From positions 508,534 to 572,533 of the forward strand of contig NMRA01000197.1 in NCBI GenBank assembly GCA_002633005.1: a DNA stretch of 64,000 bases. The letters run 5' to 3'. The notes under the pieces were generated by a model. It was not told the origin of the DNA. It saw only the letters and a list, made by a program, of their open reading frames with translations, and ran no database searches. A program made the position numbers and the translations under genes. The DNA comes from Phoronis australis (lineage: Eukaryota; Animalia; Phoronida). This document shows positions 38,968 to 50,923 of the stretch, in pieces; the first letter of the stretch is position 1; every line of letters begins with the position of its first letter.

Positions 38968-39435
38968 ATGGCAACTCGCAATCCTTACTGGACGAGGGCT
39001 CATGCCGACAAAGACTTCGCAGGTGGATCGTTAAGTTTCTCAGGTTATCAGTTCCAACAGGAATACAGTGATGAAGAAATACTAGAGAGGCGCCGGAAAC
39101 AAGCTCAGACAACGGAACGTATGGATAGTTATTTGGTAAGCTGGCATTCGTCAGGCACTGTCCCGCGACGACTGCAAGCCACACACACGGAGATGTTTCA
39201 CGGCCTCTCACTTGCTATTTACAGCGTACTTTTCATTCTTCACTACTGCGAGCCACTTCCTAAGCATTTCGGACTCTCGAAGAAGTCGAAAAAACGATAT
39301 ACCCGCTTTCCTCGCAGCTGCATAGTTCGGACAAGCACGGAGAACGATGCACCGCAACATAGCTGCAAATGAACCACTGACGTCGCTGCGTCGTTTCTCA
39401 CCTTCCTCACACGTTAACGCGACACCTCTCGGCAA
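38968..39435. mobile_element. Kolobok-like internal-deletion remnant: THAP start (minus) facing a KolX-like start (plus), inside SLC52 intron
   Basis: Minus: CIVLRACPNY..GISFFRL..MLRKWLAVVK..HLRVCG (THAP). Plus: MATRN..GYQFQQEYSDEEI (YQFEPEY-type start of Kolobok accessory ORFs). Candidate terminus CATGTCACT|TTAA at 40170. Confidence 0.5.
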
Positions 39436-41459
39436 GGTAAGGTCGACTGTATGCGAGGCGATGTGGATATAGACCGATTAAGACGACAAAAAAGACTAAT
39501 TAAATCGGGTGGCATTCTCCTTTCACTGTTGAGCTAGGCCTGGTAGCAGAGCTTAGGCGCATGAGCCTACACGCAGGACATTTGAGTACAAAAACCTAGC
39601 GAAATGTAACCGGCTACACACATTCGCATATTGTTCCAAAGTACAGGGTATCCAGACTTCCCTACCCGCTCACAATATGCTTCTCTCGTGGACGCCATTC
39701 CTGTCTTGCGGACGCTATTCCTGTCTTACGGACGCCATTTCTGTCCACGGTTCCACTACTTTTTTCGCGTCACAGGGAATGATGTGTGGGAGCACGGCTG
39801 CCCAATGTACCAACGAAAAAACATATCCATGTGAGGCAAAAAGTTTGAACAAGCCAAAGTTGGGAAGCCTAGGCATCCTGCCCATTTCTCAGATGGTTGT
39901 GGCATCGGATACCCTGATGACAGCTGTACTATGTTAAACATTTGAATTATTTCTGAAATCCATGGAAGTTTTGCGGTATATTTCATTAATGAGATCAGCG
40001 CCAAGAAAAACACCCTTTCAGACAGGTTCAAATAGTTGCCAGAAACTCGTTCGTTGTCGTTTCTCGTCATATTTCACTCTGATCATGGGCGTGCACCCTT
40101 ATCACACATCGAAAAAATTGTTCTGCTTCAGTTGCAGAGAAACACTTTGGTTTTGGCGTTTCATGTCACTTTAAGGGTGTGTCTGCACCCCTGATATTGT
40201 CATACGAAAATACTCTGCAACCCGGCTTCAACGGCCTATGCATACACATGTTTGAATCATGGTGACCGTTCGAGTGAACTACTACCGCTGAAACACCAGG
40301 TATATAATGTTTTAAACGTAGTGTTTTTGACAGAATATCCAATCTTTATAGCTAGAATATTCGCCTCACACATCTTATTACTATGACAGTTTGTCTGTTG
40401 TGACTATTTCGGCTTGTACACTCAGCTCTTGTGTACTGGCCTGGTACCGACAATATCACTTTAAGGGTCAATGCTTGTGAATGGTCACGTGGTTTCCTGG
40501 CATGGACAGTTTCTAGCATGATGAATTTTCGTTCCTGATGTATTAAATTTTCGGTCATGGTGTGCTGAATTTTAGTCCTGAAATGTTAAATGGACATGGT
40601 AAGTTATAGGTCCTGTTGCAATAAGTTTTCGGTCCCGATTTCATAAATTTTGGTCTCGAGTTTTTGGTCTTACACAATGGAAATATTGTTTTGGACTGTT
40701 TTCAGTTCTTGCATAAGTCCGTATGAAGTCTAGTTTTGAGATATTTATTTTTGATTGTGCAGAATAAAATTAATGTTGATAAAATTTAGAAAATATGTGT
40801 CCTGGACTTTCTTCGGTTTTGACCTTTCATAGTAATTCTGTAATGGTGTAACAGCTTTATCATACACAGATTCAACGAGTGCCATCATCTAGGTCTAAAC
40901 ATCAGGCTGGCACAATGGGCGAAATCCTAGGGAAAACAATTTGAGGAACAAGACAGGTTTCGCCAGAAAAGATCAACACGTGACCAAATATTTGTCTTCC
41001 AATCAATGGGCAGACGGTTCTATTGAGTTTCCGTCAATTTTTCCTCCACCTTTGACACTGCCCCCCGTAACTTCTTGTAGTATCCCCTCTTAACCGAAGG
41101 TGTACACGGAAAATTATGACAGTGGTAGTGTATAAGTACTGTTCTCGAATTCCCAAAGCCATACCTGATATATCTACGTATGCAATAGGTATCCGGTGTT
41201 GGTGGTGGTGGTAGTAGGGGTGTAATATGAGCCTGTGATTGTTGTGAGCGTGTGGGGGTGTTGTAGCCCCTATACGCTTCCATAGTACTCTTTCAAATGA
41301 CAATCAAAACAGTACATCTGCAATTACTTTCGGGAAAAGGTTTATTCTGCAAGTTGACTTCGCTTTCGTTGTCGTCTTCCCTTTTTTCATTCAATTTTGC
41401 CGAGTGTCGCTCCTCAAGAGCGATCCCATTTCTTACACTTTACGCACGTTATCTTTCAG

Positions 41460-41666
41460 GTTTCGTCATATATTTTGTTGTCGTTGATCAAAGGTTACTT
41501 GCGATGTGGCTTGGCAACGACGGCTACTGGAATGGGACAAAAGACGTTGAGGCATTGCAGCGTGGCCCCAGCATTTGTCTGCCTCGACGTGTTCAAACTG
41601 CTGGCCGATATTCCTCAATGTTCTTACCAGAAATCTCTACTAACATACTTTCATACTAGATTTTAA
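41460..41666 (+). CDS. SLC52-like protein, terminal exon
   Basis: tctttcag| acceptor, phase 0; VSSYILLSLIKGYLRCGLA..LRHCSVA..AFVCLDVFKLL resembles the SLC52 last exon (VxSWVL..SYVK..ALLWCG..FPLVNVLxLF); TAA stop. Confidence 0.7.
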   Translation, partial: VSSYILLSLIKGYLRCGLATTATGMGQKTLRHCSVAPAFVCLDVFKLLADIPQCSYQKSLLTYFHTRF

Positions 41667-41693
41667 CTTGACTCGACAATCTGTCACCGAATG

Positions 41694-42296
41694 TGTTATT
41701 GTATTTTAGCATCATTTTGATTTGGTCATCATATTACATAACTTTCACTTGATGTTTACTGCCACTTTCTCAGGGAAGGGGATTACTAATACTTCCAACT
41801 GTTAGTGAACACAGTGCATCCCTTATACGTACATGTTATTTGATTGGTTGACTTGTAGCCTTTATATTCCTACATGTAATTTGATTGGATGACTCGTAGC
41901 CTTTATATTCCTACATGTAATTTGATTGGTTGACTTGCTCAGCTCTTCAAGGCAGTGTTTGTTTCAAACTCTGCAGTTTATTACAATAGGACTAGTTAGA
42001 CGCAATCTCGTTGTTTCTATCTGTTTCAACGAACCACCTCTGCGTACATGCCCGAATCGCACTTTCACTTGTGTTTTTGTTTTTCTTTTCTTTCCCTGTA
42101 CTTGAGTTATTCTAATAAATATTTTATTACTGTAAAGGCCCGTTGATGTATCTTATTTCAGGATGAAGACAACCTGATGCGGCACAGCAAGGAATTCAAT
42201 TGTTTGCATATCTCAGTACCAGTTTAGCCCCTTATAGATAGGTGTATCGTTCAAAACATGGCGCTGAAAAAATATGAATCAGTCTCTACCACAACA
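41694..42296 (+). mobile_element. Possible solo LTR
   Basis: TGTT...AACA termini, internal ATTGG tandem repeat, AATAAA at ~42114; TSD only approximate (GAATG/AAATA). Confidence 0.3.
41830..41937. repeat. Tandem repeat, 41-bp unit x ~2.6, each with a reverse CCAAT box
   Basis: tacatgtaatttgattggttgacttgtagcctttatattcc at 41830, 41871 and 41912. Confidence 0.9.
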
Positions 42297-42825
42297 AAAT
42301 ACAATTTATTATTAGTATAAACCAAGAAAATTTTCCACAAATTTGTCTCGTATATCTTTGTACCGAGAGCTTACGATATCAATACTGCTCCCACAATGGA
42401 ATTTGTCGAAACGCTGAAGCCTTGAAATGTGCGCATTTTTATCGCCATCGTCGACACCTTTCAATGTGCTCCAAAATTGGGCGTAAGGTTTTCCTAAAAA
42501 GAAAAAAGAGTCTGTGACAATCCTGAATATGTTGGAGCCATTTCACAATCTAGTCATGGATTGTCCCGAAGTTGACCTTTGTGTTAATAATCACCAAGAC
42601 ATGCCTAATAATGAAGTGTGGTTTGGCCAAACATTTAGATTTTGTTGTTGAATTCACATAGTTGTAGTCCAGTGGAAAATCTAGTGAATATCAATATAGC
42701 CTTTGAATTTTGCAAGTCAACGTGAGCGATTTTAGGTTGGGAAACAAGTTCACGTTGGACGAAGGCCACCTTGCCAAAACTAAAAAGTGCGTGAGTAAAC
42801 TCGTCGATATTTAGAAACTGAACTA

Positions 42826-43148
42826 CAGTGGCGGATTTAGGGGGAGGGGGGTCAAGGGTACCATGCCCCCCTAAAATTCTCCCAGATACAACTTAGCAGT
42901 TCGGGGTGCGAATTGCTGACTAGCACATGCGCCATGAGCGCACCCAGGGGGGCTCGGGGGGCGAATGCACAATGCATGGGCCTTGAACAAACCCCGTTTA
43001 CCGTTTTTTTATTTTAGTAATACGGTCCACAAATCCAAAAATTCGAGACCCCTGCATCCCTACATTTTAGGCTGGGCGCACGCGTTTGGCGAAATTCTGG
43101 TTATTCCTGTACCCTGCCCCCCAACTCAGATTCCTGGATCCGCCCCTG
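42826..43148. mobile_element. hAT5-like family-2 MITE carrying a nested family-1 MITE (~42933-43084)
   Basis: CAGTGGCGGATTTAG...GGATCCGCCCCTG interrupted by CATGAGCGCACCCAGGGG...GGCTGGGCGCACGCG; outer TSD not evident. Confidence 0.75.
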
Positions 43149-43779
43149 TGTAGAGACCAATTAATTTTAGTTCATACAGGCCAGAGTTTATTATAGATAC
43201 GAGATAACAGGTGTCACATAACACTAGGTGGCGATAGGGTAGCTGTTAGGCAACTTATTGCCTGGAATATTAGCAGTACCATATTTGTCACCGTTCTTTT
43301 ATGCTCTGTGTCGATCATACCATCAAACTGACGCTTATTCTATGATGTGATAGTGCCCAACGTCTCAAAAGAGTTGTTTATAGAATGTTACCTGTTAGAA
43401 TCTGTAAAAAATTCCCAAGACCGAAAAAAATGTCAGCGTCAAGTTCTGGAAGCTTACCAGGAAAAAGCTGGCACCAGACACGAGCTCGAACTACACGCAG
43501 CAGACTTAGTTCCTCTGTTTGGGTGCCCTGGTGCTGGACTAGGAGCTCCATCAATTTGCCTAGCTTCCATTTCCAAGGCACCTCAACAAAAAATACTGAA
43601 CCAGTTATTACTTCCATGCCATGTATGATTCGTATGCTGTGCATGTAGTGACACCTAACGCCTACTCAAGAAGAAGTTTTCCAGGCTACGGATTTCAACG
43701 GGAAAAGAAATAAAAATGGCCAAACCGCTCCTCTCTTCTGTTTCAAAGTCGCGTATCAGCTACAGTCTGGTGAACTGTT

Positions 43780-43818
43780 ACCTTGAAAAGGGTTTGAAGT
43801 AATAAACCGAAACGTCGG
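43780..43818 (+). ncRNA. Candidate degenerate minimal hammerhead ribozyme motif (Penelope-type)
   Basis: acc-ttgaaaa-g-ggttt(gaagtaat)aaacc-gaaa-cgtc-gg: stem II, GAAAC, GUC and short stem I; core CUGANGA is non-canonical. Confidence 0.4.
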
Positions 43819-44021
43819 ACAAATATGTTTTTATTTACGTTCGCGCTCTTCTTAAAATTCGTGCTTCTGTTTTGGCCTAAAACGAATCTGACTAGTCTGG
43901 TGGTCATTGAAAACAAAAACAGCTGAGAGAGATTAAACTGAAGCTAAACGAGACATAGTAAATATAGACGCTGATGTTGGCTAATAGTGAATAAAATGAA
44001 TAAACACAAAAAATCAGCAAT

Positions 44022-44094
44022 ACCAACAGGGCGCCGAACCAAAGGTATCTAGATTGCCGGTCTAGTGCTCCTACCACTGACCAACTGAAGACCC
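44022..44094 (-). other. tRNA-derived sequence (SINE head or tRNA pseudogene)
   Basis: Minus strand: A-box-like TCAGTGGTAGGAGCA, anticodon arm CTAGA-CCGGCAA-TCTAG, B-box-like GGTTCGGCGCC; acceptor stem decayed. Confidence 0.55.
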
Positions 44095-44394
44095 GATATC
44101 TGTGCAGTAAATGAGCAATCTAATCCTTTGAGAGGATACACGAGGGTCTTGCCAGTATTATGAAAGCATGTAAGAAAAGTAAGTTAGCGACTATGTTGTG
44201 AAAAGAGTAAAAGATGTCCATTCTGCGGAAACGCGAACGAATCCAGTGTCATACCATGATGTTGCGGTTTGCTATGATACGTGCCATTTTAAATTACATA
44301 ATGACAACCGGACAACTGAATTAAGAATTTTCTAAAAAAACTTTTTACTCAAACGGCAGGCATTTTACCTAAATGAATGTAATCGGAATTACGA

Positions 44395-44970
44395 CTAAAA
44401 CGCAGTTTTGGGATCGGATGGATAGACTTCTGAAGTTATCACCTTTGACCAATGCTCTAAAACAAAATCTGTGGTGTTTTTTGTGATTTTATTACGTATT
44501 GCAAATTCCCTTCGTTGCCTGCCAGCCATTCGCCGAAACCCAGTCCGGTGGCAGCATGTCACGCTCGAGTTGGACATGACAAGCATCGAACGTCTGACGC
44601 TTTGTTAGCGATTATTTTGATAACTAATTTGTACACGAAGCCGTTGTGAGGCGCCACGCTCACGACAAAAATCGCATAGTTTGTGCGCTGCGGTTAACGA
44701 ACACTTCATATGCTCTAACTGCGCAGCGACACCGGAGCTAGTTTATTGTGAAACAAAACGTGAGGATGAGCTAAAGGTCATATATTCACCTCTTTCACGA
44801 ACGCTGGGCGCTGCTGTCGTGTTGATCGAAAACGAGGCGCCGTGACAAACATGGCATCGTCCTGCAAGGTGTTGTGGTCAAAAGACTTATCAACGTTACC
44901 AAAAATCAAGTTGTCTGATGTTAAATCGATCTCCAAAAACATACCAATACTTACGGCAACTAGACTTTTA
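44395..44970. mobile_element. Remnant of head-to-head ORF starts of an ISL2EU-like transposon
   Basis: Minus: RREFAIRNKITKNT..HW (THAP-like tail). Plus from ATG 44850: MASSCKVLWSKDLSTLPKIKLSDV (WxxDLxxLPxI start of SWIM/YqaJ ORFs). Confidence 0.4.
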
Positions 44971-45023
44971 CCCTCCTCAGCCATTCCTTAGTAGTTTTCC
45001 CTCTTTTGAAAAAGTGTGGAAGT

Positions 45024-46395
45024 CAGGGATATACCCAGGCTTTTAGTCTTGAAAAACCCTGCTCGCCAGCTGGGCGAGTGCCGGAGCCAGAAAATCTACT
45101 CGCCAAGCCCGAAGTTCGGTCACCCGGCCGTTGGCGCCAGTCACCACAAACTTGCTGCTAATTTAAATAAAAATCATCGTTTCGTGCACTGATGTCACCA
45201 TCTATTAGGGCTACCGTATTCGCTCTAANNNNNNNNNNNNNNNNNNNNNNNNNNNNNNNNNNNNNNNNNNNNNNNNNNNNNNNNNNNNNNNNNNNNNNNN
45301 NNNNNNNNNNNNNNNNNNNNNNNNNNNNNNNNNNNNNNNNNNNNNNNNNNNNNNNNNNNNNNNNNNNNNNNNNNNNNNNNNNNNNNNNNNNNNNNNNNNN
45401 NNNNNNNNNNNNNNNNNNNNNNNNNNNNNNNNNNNNNNNNNNNNNNNNNNNNNNNNNNNNNNNNNNNNNNNNNNNNNNNNNNNNNNNNNNNNNNNNNNNN
45501 NNNNNNNNNNNNNNNNNNNNNNNNNNNNNNNNNNNNNNNNNNNNNNNNNNNNNNNNNNNNNNNNNNNNNNNNNNNNNNNNNNNNNNNNNNNNNNNNNNNN
45601 NNNNNNNNNNNNNNNNNNNNNNNNNNNNNNNNNNNNNNNNNNNNNNNNNNNNNNNNNNNNNNNNNNNNNNNNNNNNNNNNNNNNNNNNNNNNNNNNNNNN
45701 NNNNNNNNNNNNNNNNNNNNNNNNNNNNNNNNNNNNNNNNNNNNNNNNNNNNNNNNNNNNNNNNNNNNNNNNNNNNNNNNNNNNNNNNNNNNNNNNNNNN
45801 NNNNNNNNNNNNNNNNNNNNNNNNNNNNNNNNNNNNNNNNTGATATATACACATTCATGGACTGGGCGCTTATTTTAGCGAAGTCTGAAAACGAGTGGGG
45901 ACGCTTATAGGGGCATGGGCGCTTATTAGGACGAATGTTATAAAAATAATTTTGGCTAAAATGACATTGTATATTACAATAAGAAATCAGTTCCAAGAAA
46001 TATGGTATTTTATTTGCTATGAGCACATGGACCGGTCTTCCACCTTTCTCCCCTTTTCTTCGTTTCGGACTAGTCCACAAATTCTTTGTGCACGACCACA
46101 CACTGTGTTTTTTGACGAATCGCGTAACGGGTGACATGTACTGAATCGGTAGGGCGCACTGCGCCGATGTTTTTTACTGCCGGAGCATCGACACGATGAC
46201 CAAACTGAATCTTAAATTCATGATAAAAACAGCACAAGGAGGAGCAAAATTATTCATATTCATCTGGGAAACGATATATAGTGCTTTTGCGCTCTGAAAT
46301 TCGCTCGCCACCGGGCGACCGGCAAGTCAACTTCTACTCGCCCAGCAAATTTTTACTCGCATTGGCGACTGGGCGAATGGCTAAGTATATCCCTG
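45024..46395. mobile_element. hAT-like non-autonomous element spanning a gap, with nested TA-flanked MITE (~45211-45940)
   Basis: TIR CAGGGATATAC...GTATATCCCTG, repeated CTCGCC subterminal motifs at both ends, flanks GGAAGT/GGAAGG; nested end TACCGTATTCGCTCTAA ... TTAGGACGAAT. Confidence 0.7.
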
Positions 46396-46566
46396 GGAAG
46401 GATACCGACGAGATATTACTGGAATTGGTACGTTCAGGCACTGCACAGTACACAATGGCCAGCTGATGATCACTCAAGAGGTTTTATCAGTGTGCCTTGT
46501 TTTCGATCAGTATTTAAAGATGGCGCGGGAAGATGGCGCTTTCGTGAAATAGGTGAATATTATGGC

Positions 46567-47090
46567 AAACTAAACTACTACAGATATTGAAAAATACAAT
46601 AAAGATGTATAGTATGTTGAGTTGTAAAGATGGGTGACTTTCTGCTGAAGCAACACCATGACATCGACATGAGGAATTTGAGAGGAAATACGTAGTAAAA
46701 TGGGTTGAGGGAGGGAAATTGAATGAAAAATACCGAGTTGCTGATAAAATATGAACGGTGACACAGCACTGCAACAGGATAAAGAAATCATGTGCTACAG
46801 GTAAACCAATAGGGGGAGAGCAAGAAAGGTCAATGAACCGAGAATCAAAACATTATGATAATGATAATGAAGCAATATGGGTTTCATAATAAAATAATTC
46901 AATACTTAAATGTTATTTATATGCGCTAACTGGAAAGCGATACCGAATCTAGTTTACAACACATGAAGATGAGATAAAAGGTCTTATATATAATGACAAA
47001 TTAAACTACTTCAGATATTGATAAATACAAAAGATATATAATATGTTGAGCTGTAAAGGTGGGTGACGTCACAGATGCAGCAGAAGGATG
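46567..47090. repeat. Diverged direct repeat (~90 bp, ~430-bp spacing)
   Basis: aaactactacagatattgaaaaatacaataaagatgtatagtatgttgagttgtaaagatgggtgac at ~46572 vs aaactacttcagatattgataaatacaaaagatatataatatgttgagctgtaaaggtgggtgac at ~47003. Confidence 0.75.
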
Positions 47091-50000
47091 CATCTGCTCA
47101 CTCGCCGGACAAAAAGGAAAAAATATATGGTGTGAAGTAAAGTACAAGAAATGATAAATATAAGAAAAGGCCAACATGGAGTGGAAACGCTGATTAAAAT
47201 GACAATCTATACAGTAATGTCCTGGGGTGGACAATGTTGGTGAGTGAAAAGGAGACTGACAATAGAGTTGTCCCTAAGATGAAAATGATGGTGAGTGACA
47301 CAAGACACTGGTAATTCAGTTTCCCCTGAGATGGAAACGGGGCTTCAACTGGACACTGGCTTCGCCAAAACATACGGAGTATGAGATTTGTAGCGTTTTG
47401 GATCGAGACCGACGCACTCGAGTACTAAGTTAATGTTGCAAGTGAAGTGTGATCGAGTGATGGGGGACCGTGTGCTAACCAGGAATTGCATAACAGGCCA
47501 GCAGACCCGTCGTGCACTGCCGGAGGACACAAGATGAGTCGGTTAGACATGAACTAATCAACAGTCTACTATGAGTTGAATGAACTTTCTAAGTCGCGTT
47601 GTCATGGAATCATATTCATTTAAAGTTATGCATGGGCGTCCGTGTTTTGAGGATGTGCAAATATACGCCCAGATACAATGCTTTTGGTGTTGCAAACTTG
47701 TTTTCTACAAGGTATATAATTTGCAAACAGAACATCTCTGCCTGTTGATTGTAGAGATATTACGTTCATATTTCATGGCAACTTGTTGAGGTTATCTCAC
47801 AACTTATTTCGGTACGACCTCCACTCTAACTCGTTTATCAAAAAAACTAGGTATTGTCAAAAGGTAAAAGTAAATATTTGCTAAAAGAAAAAAATATCAG
47901 ATAATAGAAAAATATGTTTTTTTATTCATGTGCCAGTATTATTATTAATTTAACACCTTTTTAAATTCAAAAGTTCATGTTTAAGAAAAGTACACTCATA
48001 GCAAAATAACCTTTTCTAATGAAGACTTCACCACCTGCCTCAGAGAAGCTGTTAGGAATTCTCGATTAGTCTTTTCGTTCGATTTCTAAAGCAAGTCAAC
48101 TCGCAAAGCGTATGGTGTTTTTGTAAAATTAGAAGTCGTATTCGTCTTTGTTACATTACGCAAAAACTAGGCCTTTGTTATCAAAACTGCTAAAGCGTTT
48201 TTGAGATTGACGAATAAATACACAAAACGCACCTCGATTGGCGTACATGAAGTAACATCAAACTCGACCTTATTCCGCGTATCGACCTCGACCGAATTGT
48301 GTTTATCCCATACGCTTCGAATTCCTAAATTTCTTACATTTTGTCGGCAGATATTTTAGATACTTGACCCTGACTGTTCACATGGCGGATCACATCCTAT
48401 ATGTATGTACTTGCGCGTTAGGTTGCAAGTTTTCTCTTGTGAAAGAAACAGTTTTAAAGGTAACGATTTATTTCTTGAAAAGAGGTAATAAAGATGAAAA
48501 CAACGGCAACTGTGCAGTGAAATTGTAACATCTCCTGGAAATAGTTAAAAAATAACAATATTTGATATTGCAATTTCCTAGGAATCGGCGCCTGAGTTGC
48601 AGACGATATAGTATTCAGCAATTGAAAACTGATACATAAGTTTCATATAATTAACAGTTTTGTTCCAGATTTTACTTTTAGGGCCTGGTTGCATGTCGAG
48701 TGTTAGTTACACTGCTGCAACTGTATTACTTTAAACTGTATTCGGAAAGTTTGATGATCGATTCGGCTGAAGACGTCGAGTCGACATTGGCCTACCTTTT
48801 GAACTTTCCATGTCAGAGGTCACTGTTGAAGTAGTGCGGGAGGTGAATACGGAAAACTTTATTACATGGCCGAATTTCCCTCGACAGATTAAACGCGTAT
48901 GGGATAAATATCAAGTTTGAAAATTTTCAGCGAAATTCACATAGCTGTTTTTGAGAACTCGCATTCCTAAAGTCAATTTGCTGAAGCCGAGAAAAAGCCG
49001 ATTAGTGGCGAGACACAAAAATCTCAAGGATTTCGGTTAATTATTCGGTAAAAATTGTTTTCGGTCAATGTAACCTAAACATCCCTTAGCCGTGTTCATT
49101 ATTTCACGCGCAATTTACAATGCGTAATTAACTTAATGGTCACACAAACGTTTTATTAGCCGAGTCGATTCACAATGCATCGAATGCAACTAGGTCATGC
49201 GCGGAGCGCAGTCAACATATTGATTGGCTCAAGCTGGTGCATTGTGGTTAACTTTAAAGTAGGTCAACATTTCACTATTATATCCACCAAGTGCCGTGCG
49301 ATTGATATGAAACCCAAGTACGAAATGAATGATTGAAATCCAGTCGGTGGTTGAAACCCGTCGCGAGCATGAAATCGAAACAACAAAATGTCAAATTACC
49401 TATCAAATTAAGGAATTTGGATGAGAATTTATCTCTTTTCACAACTTGCTGTGTTCGTGAACACAATGTCATAGAGGCGTGAGGCGACTCGTAACATTCG
49501 TTTTCAACGGTCTTATGCTTGCAGACACACAACTCCCGCAGTATCAAAACTAAGTTTTGTCTTCGTTTTCCCCGGCATCTTTATAACCTATGTACACGTC
49601 GTCGACTCAATATTACGGGAGCTCGGTAAATGAAAGGACTGAAGGTTCATACCTAGCTGCTCTGTGCCTGGCTGGAGATTCGATTTGAGTAATAGTCCCG
49701 TAACCTTTGACCTCGGATAAGTAGTAGAGAAATTACCACGGGGTTTGCTGGGTTCCAAGATAGTTCTGTTATATCTTCTCTATCGCTACACGGTATACAT
49801 ATCGTAATTCAATTGAACTTCCCCCATCATGAAGATAAGGTACATGTATTTTGCCAGACGTAAATGAAATATTGTAAAAATTGACCTAAATGACATTTAA
49901 ATCTGCATAGCGAGGATAGCATTTAGGTTCCACAAACCATTATTATTTCTTAATACTCTCGGTGGTCCTCAGACTAGTGTCGGCAAGACCACATTCGCCT

Positions 50001-50677
50001 GCGGTGCAATCGTGAAAAATCCCTAACGTTCCACTAGCAGCTTTGGGACAGGTGACGCAATCGAAAGCATTCGAAACACCTCGGGGATTTTCATAGTTAC
50101 GAAGGTATGCGAAATGTTCTGAGTGATTCTGTGGATGAGTATTTCTTGGAAGACGGCTTCAGTTCCTCGTGACCTATTCACAAAACTGCAAAAAATCAAC
50201 AAACTGTATTTAGTAACAAGAAATGATCTTGTTACTACAATGGGAGACGTTAACAATATTGGAACACGACATGTGTAACAGTTAACTGAAAAAAATACAG
50301 GATGTCTGATACACGTTGTACCAGGTGTGTGCAGGCTGAGCATGTGGGCCCATTGCACTGATCGCCTGGAACAATTTTTTGCTTTATTAATATATAGTTA
50401 AAACTGAGCTGAGGGACTAGAAACCTGACTGAAGGGTCTAGCAGTGCCACCCAATGGGACTGAAACATACGACCTCGCCAGGCACCTATCACACAAGGCC
50501 ACATTGCCTCCGCTAACAGTTAACTGAAGATAGTACGCGGAAATTCTGAACAAGGATTGTTGATGCACACCGTTAAGGCTCGTTTAATTCCCAGGAGCAC
50601 TCAAACTGGACGCCAGGGCATAACAAGACAAGCAGTTATCGAGGGAAACACCGAATAACAGCAATTTGTCATAAAAC

Positions 50678-50923
50678 AGGGTCATGGGTATTTAATCTTT
50701 CTATTCGAAACCCCTGACTCGAAATTGAACTCTAAATTATTTGCCGTGACATTTTTCGTTCATCTTCGTCACGGTTGCGAAATCAAGAAAGACGTTTTAG
50801 TATTCTGTGCGTTATTGTCTACTTGGATGACTATCTATCACAGTATTAATACTTTTAGTTCGAGTTTAAACTCGAAACTCAGAGTTTTTACTCGAGTGAG
50901 ATGGTAGCTGGAATCTAGGGACC
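50678..50923. mobile_element. Short repeat family rich in AAACTCGA/CTCGAG motifs, copy 1
   Basis: Left agggtc..taatcttt..tcgaaa and right aactcgaaa..gagtttttactcgag..gtagc are shared with 63581-63815; related piece at ~61160-61225. Confidence 0.55.

Noticed and set aside
43347-43648. Overlapping ~90-aa ORFs
   Set aside because: No family motifs; at best a decayed LINE 3' end.
45192-46137. Long ORFs of 200-300 aa (also 52156-53076)
   Set aside because: Artefacts of N runs.
48763-48793. CTGAAGA plus stem as a hammerhead
   Set aside because: No GAAA or cleavage triplet.
50330-50515. SINE-like segment on the minus strand
   Set aside because: A and B boxes too degenerate; no second copy in the window.
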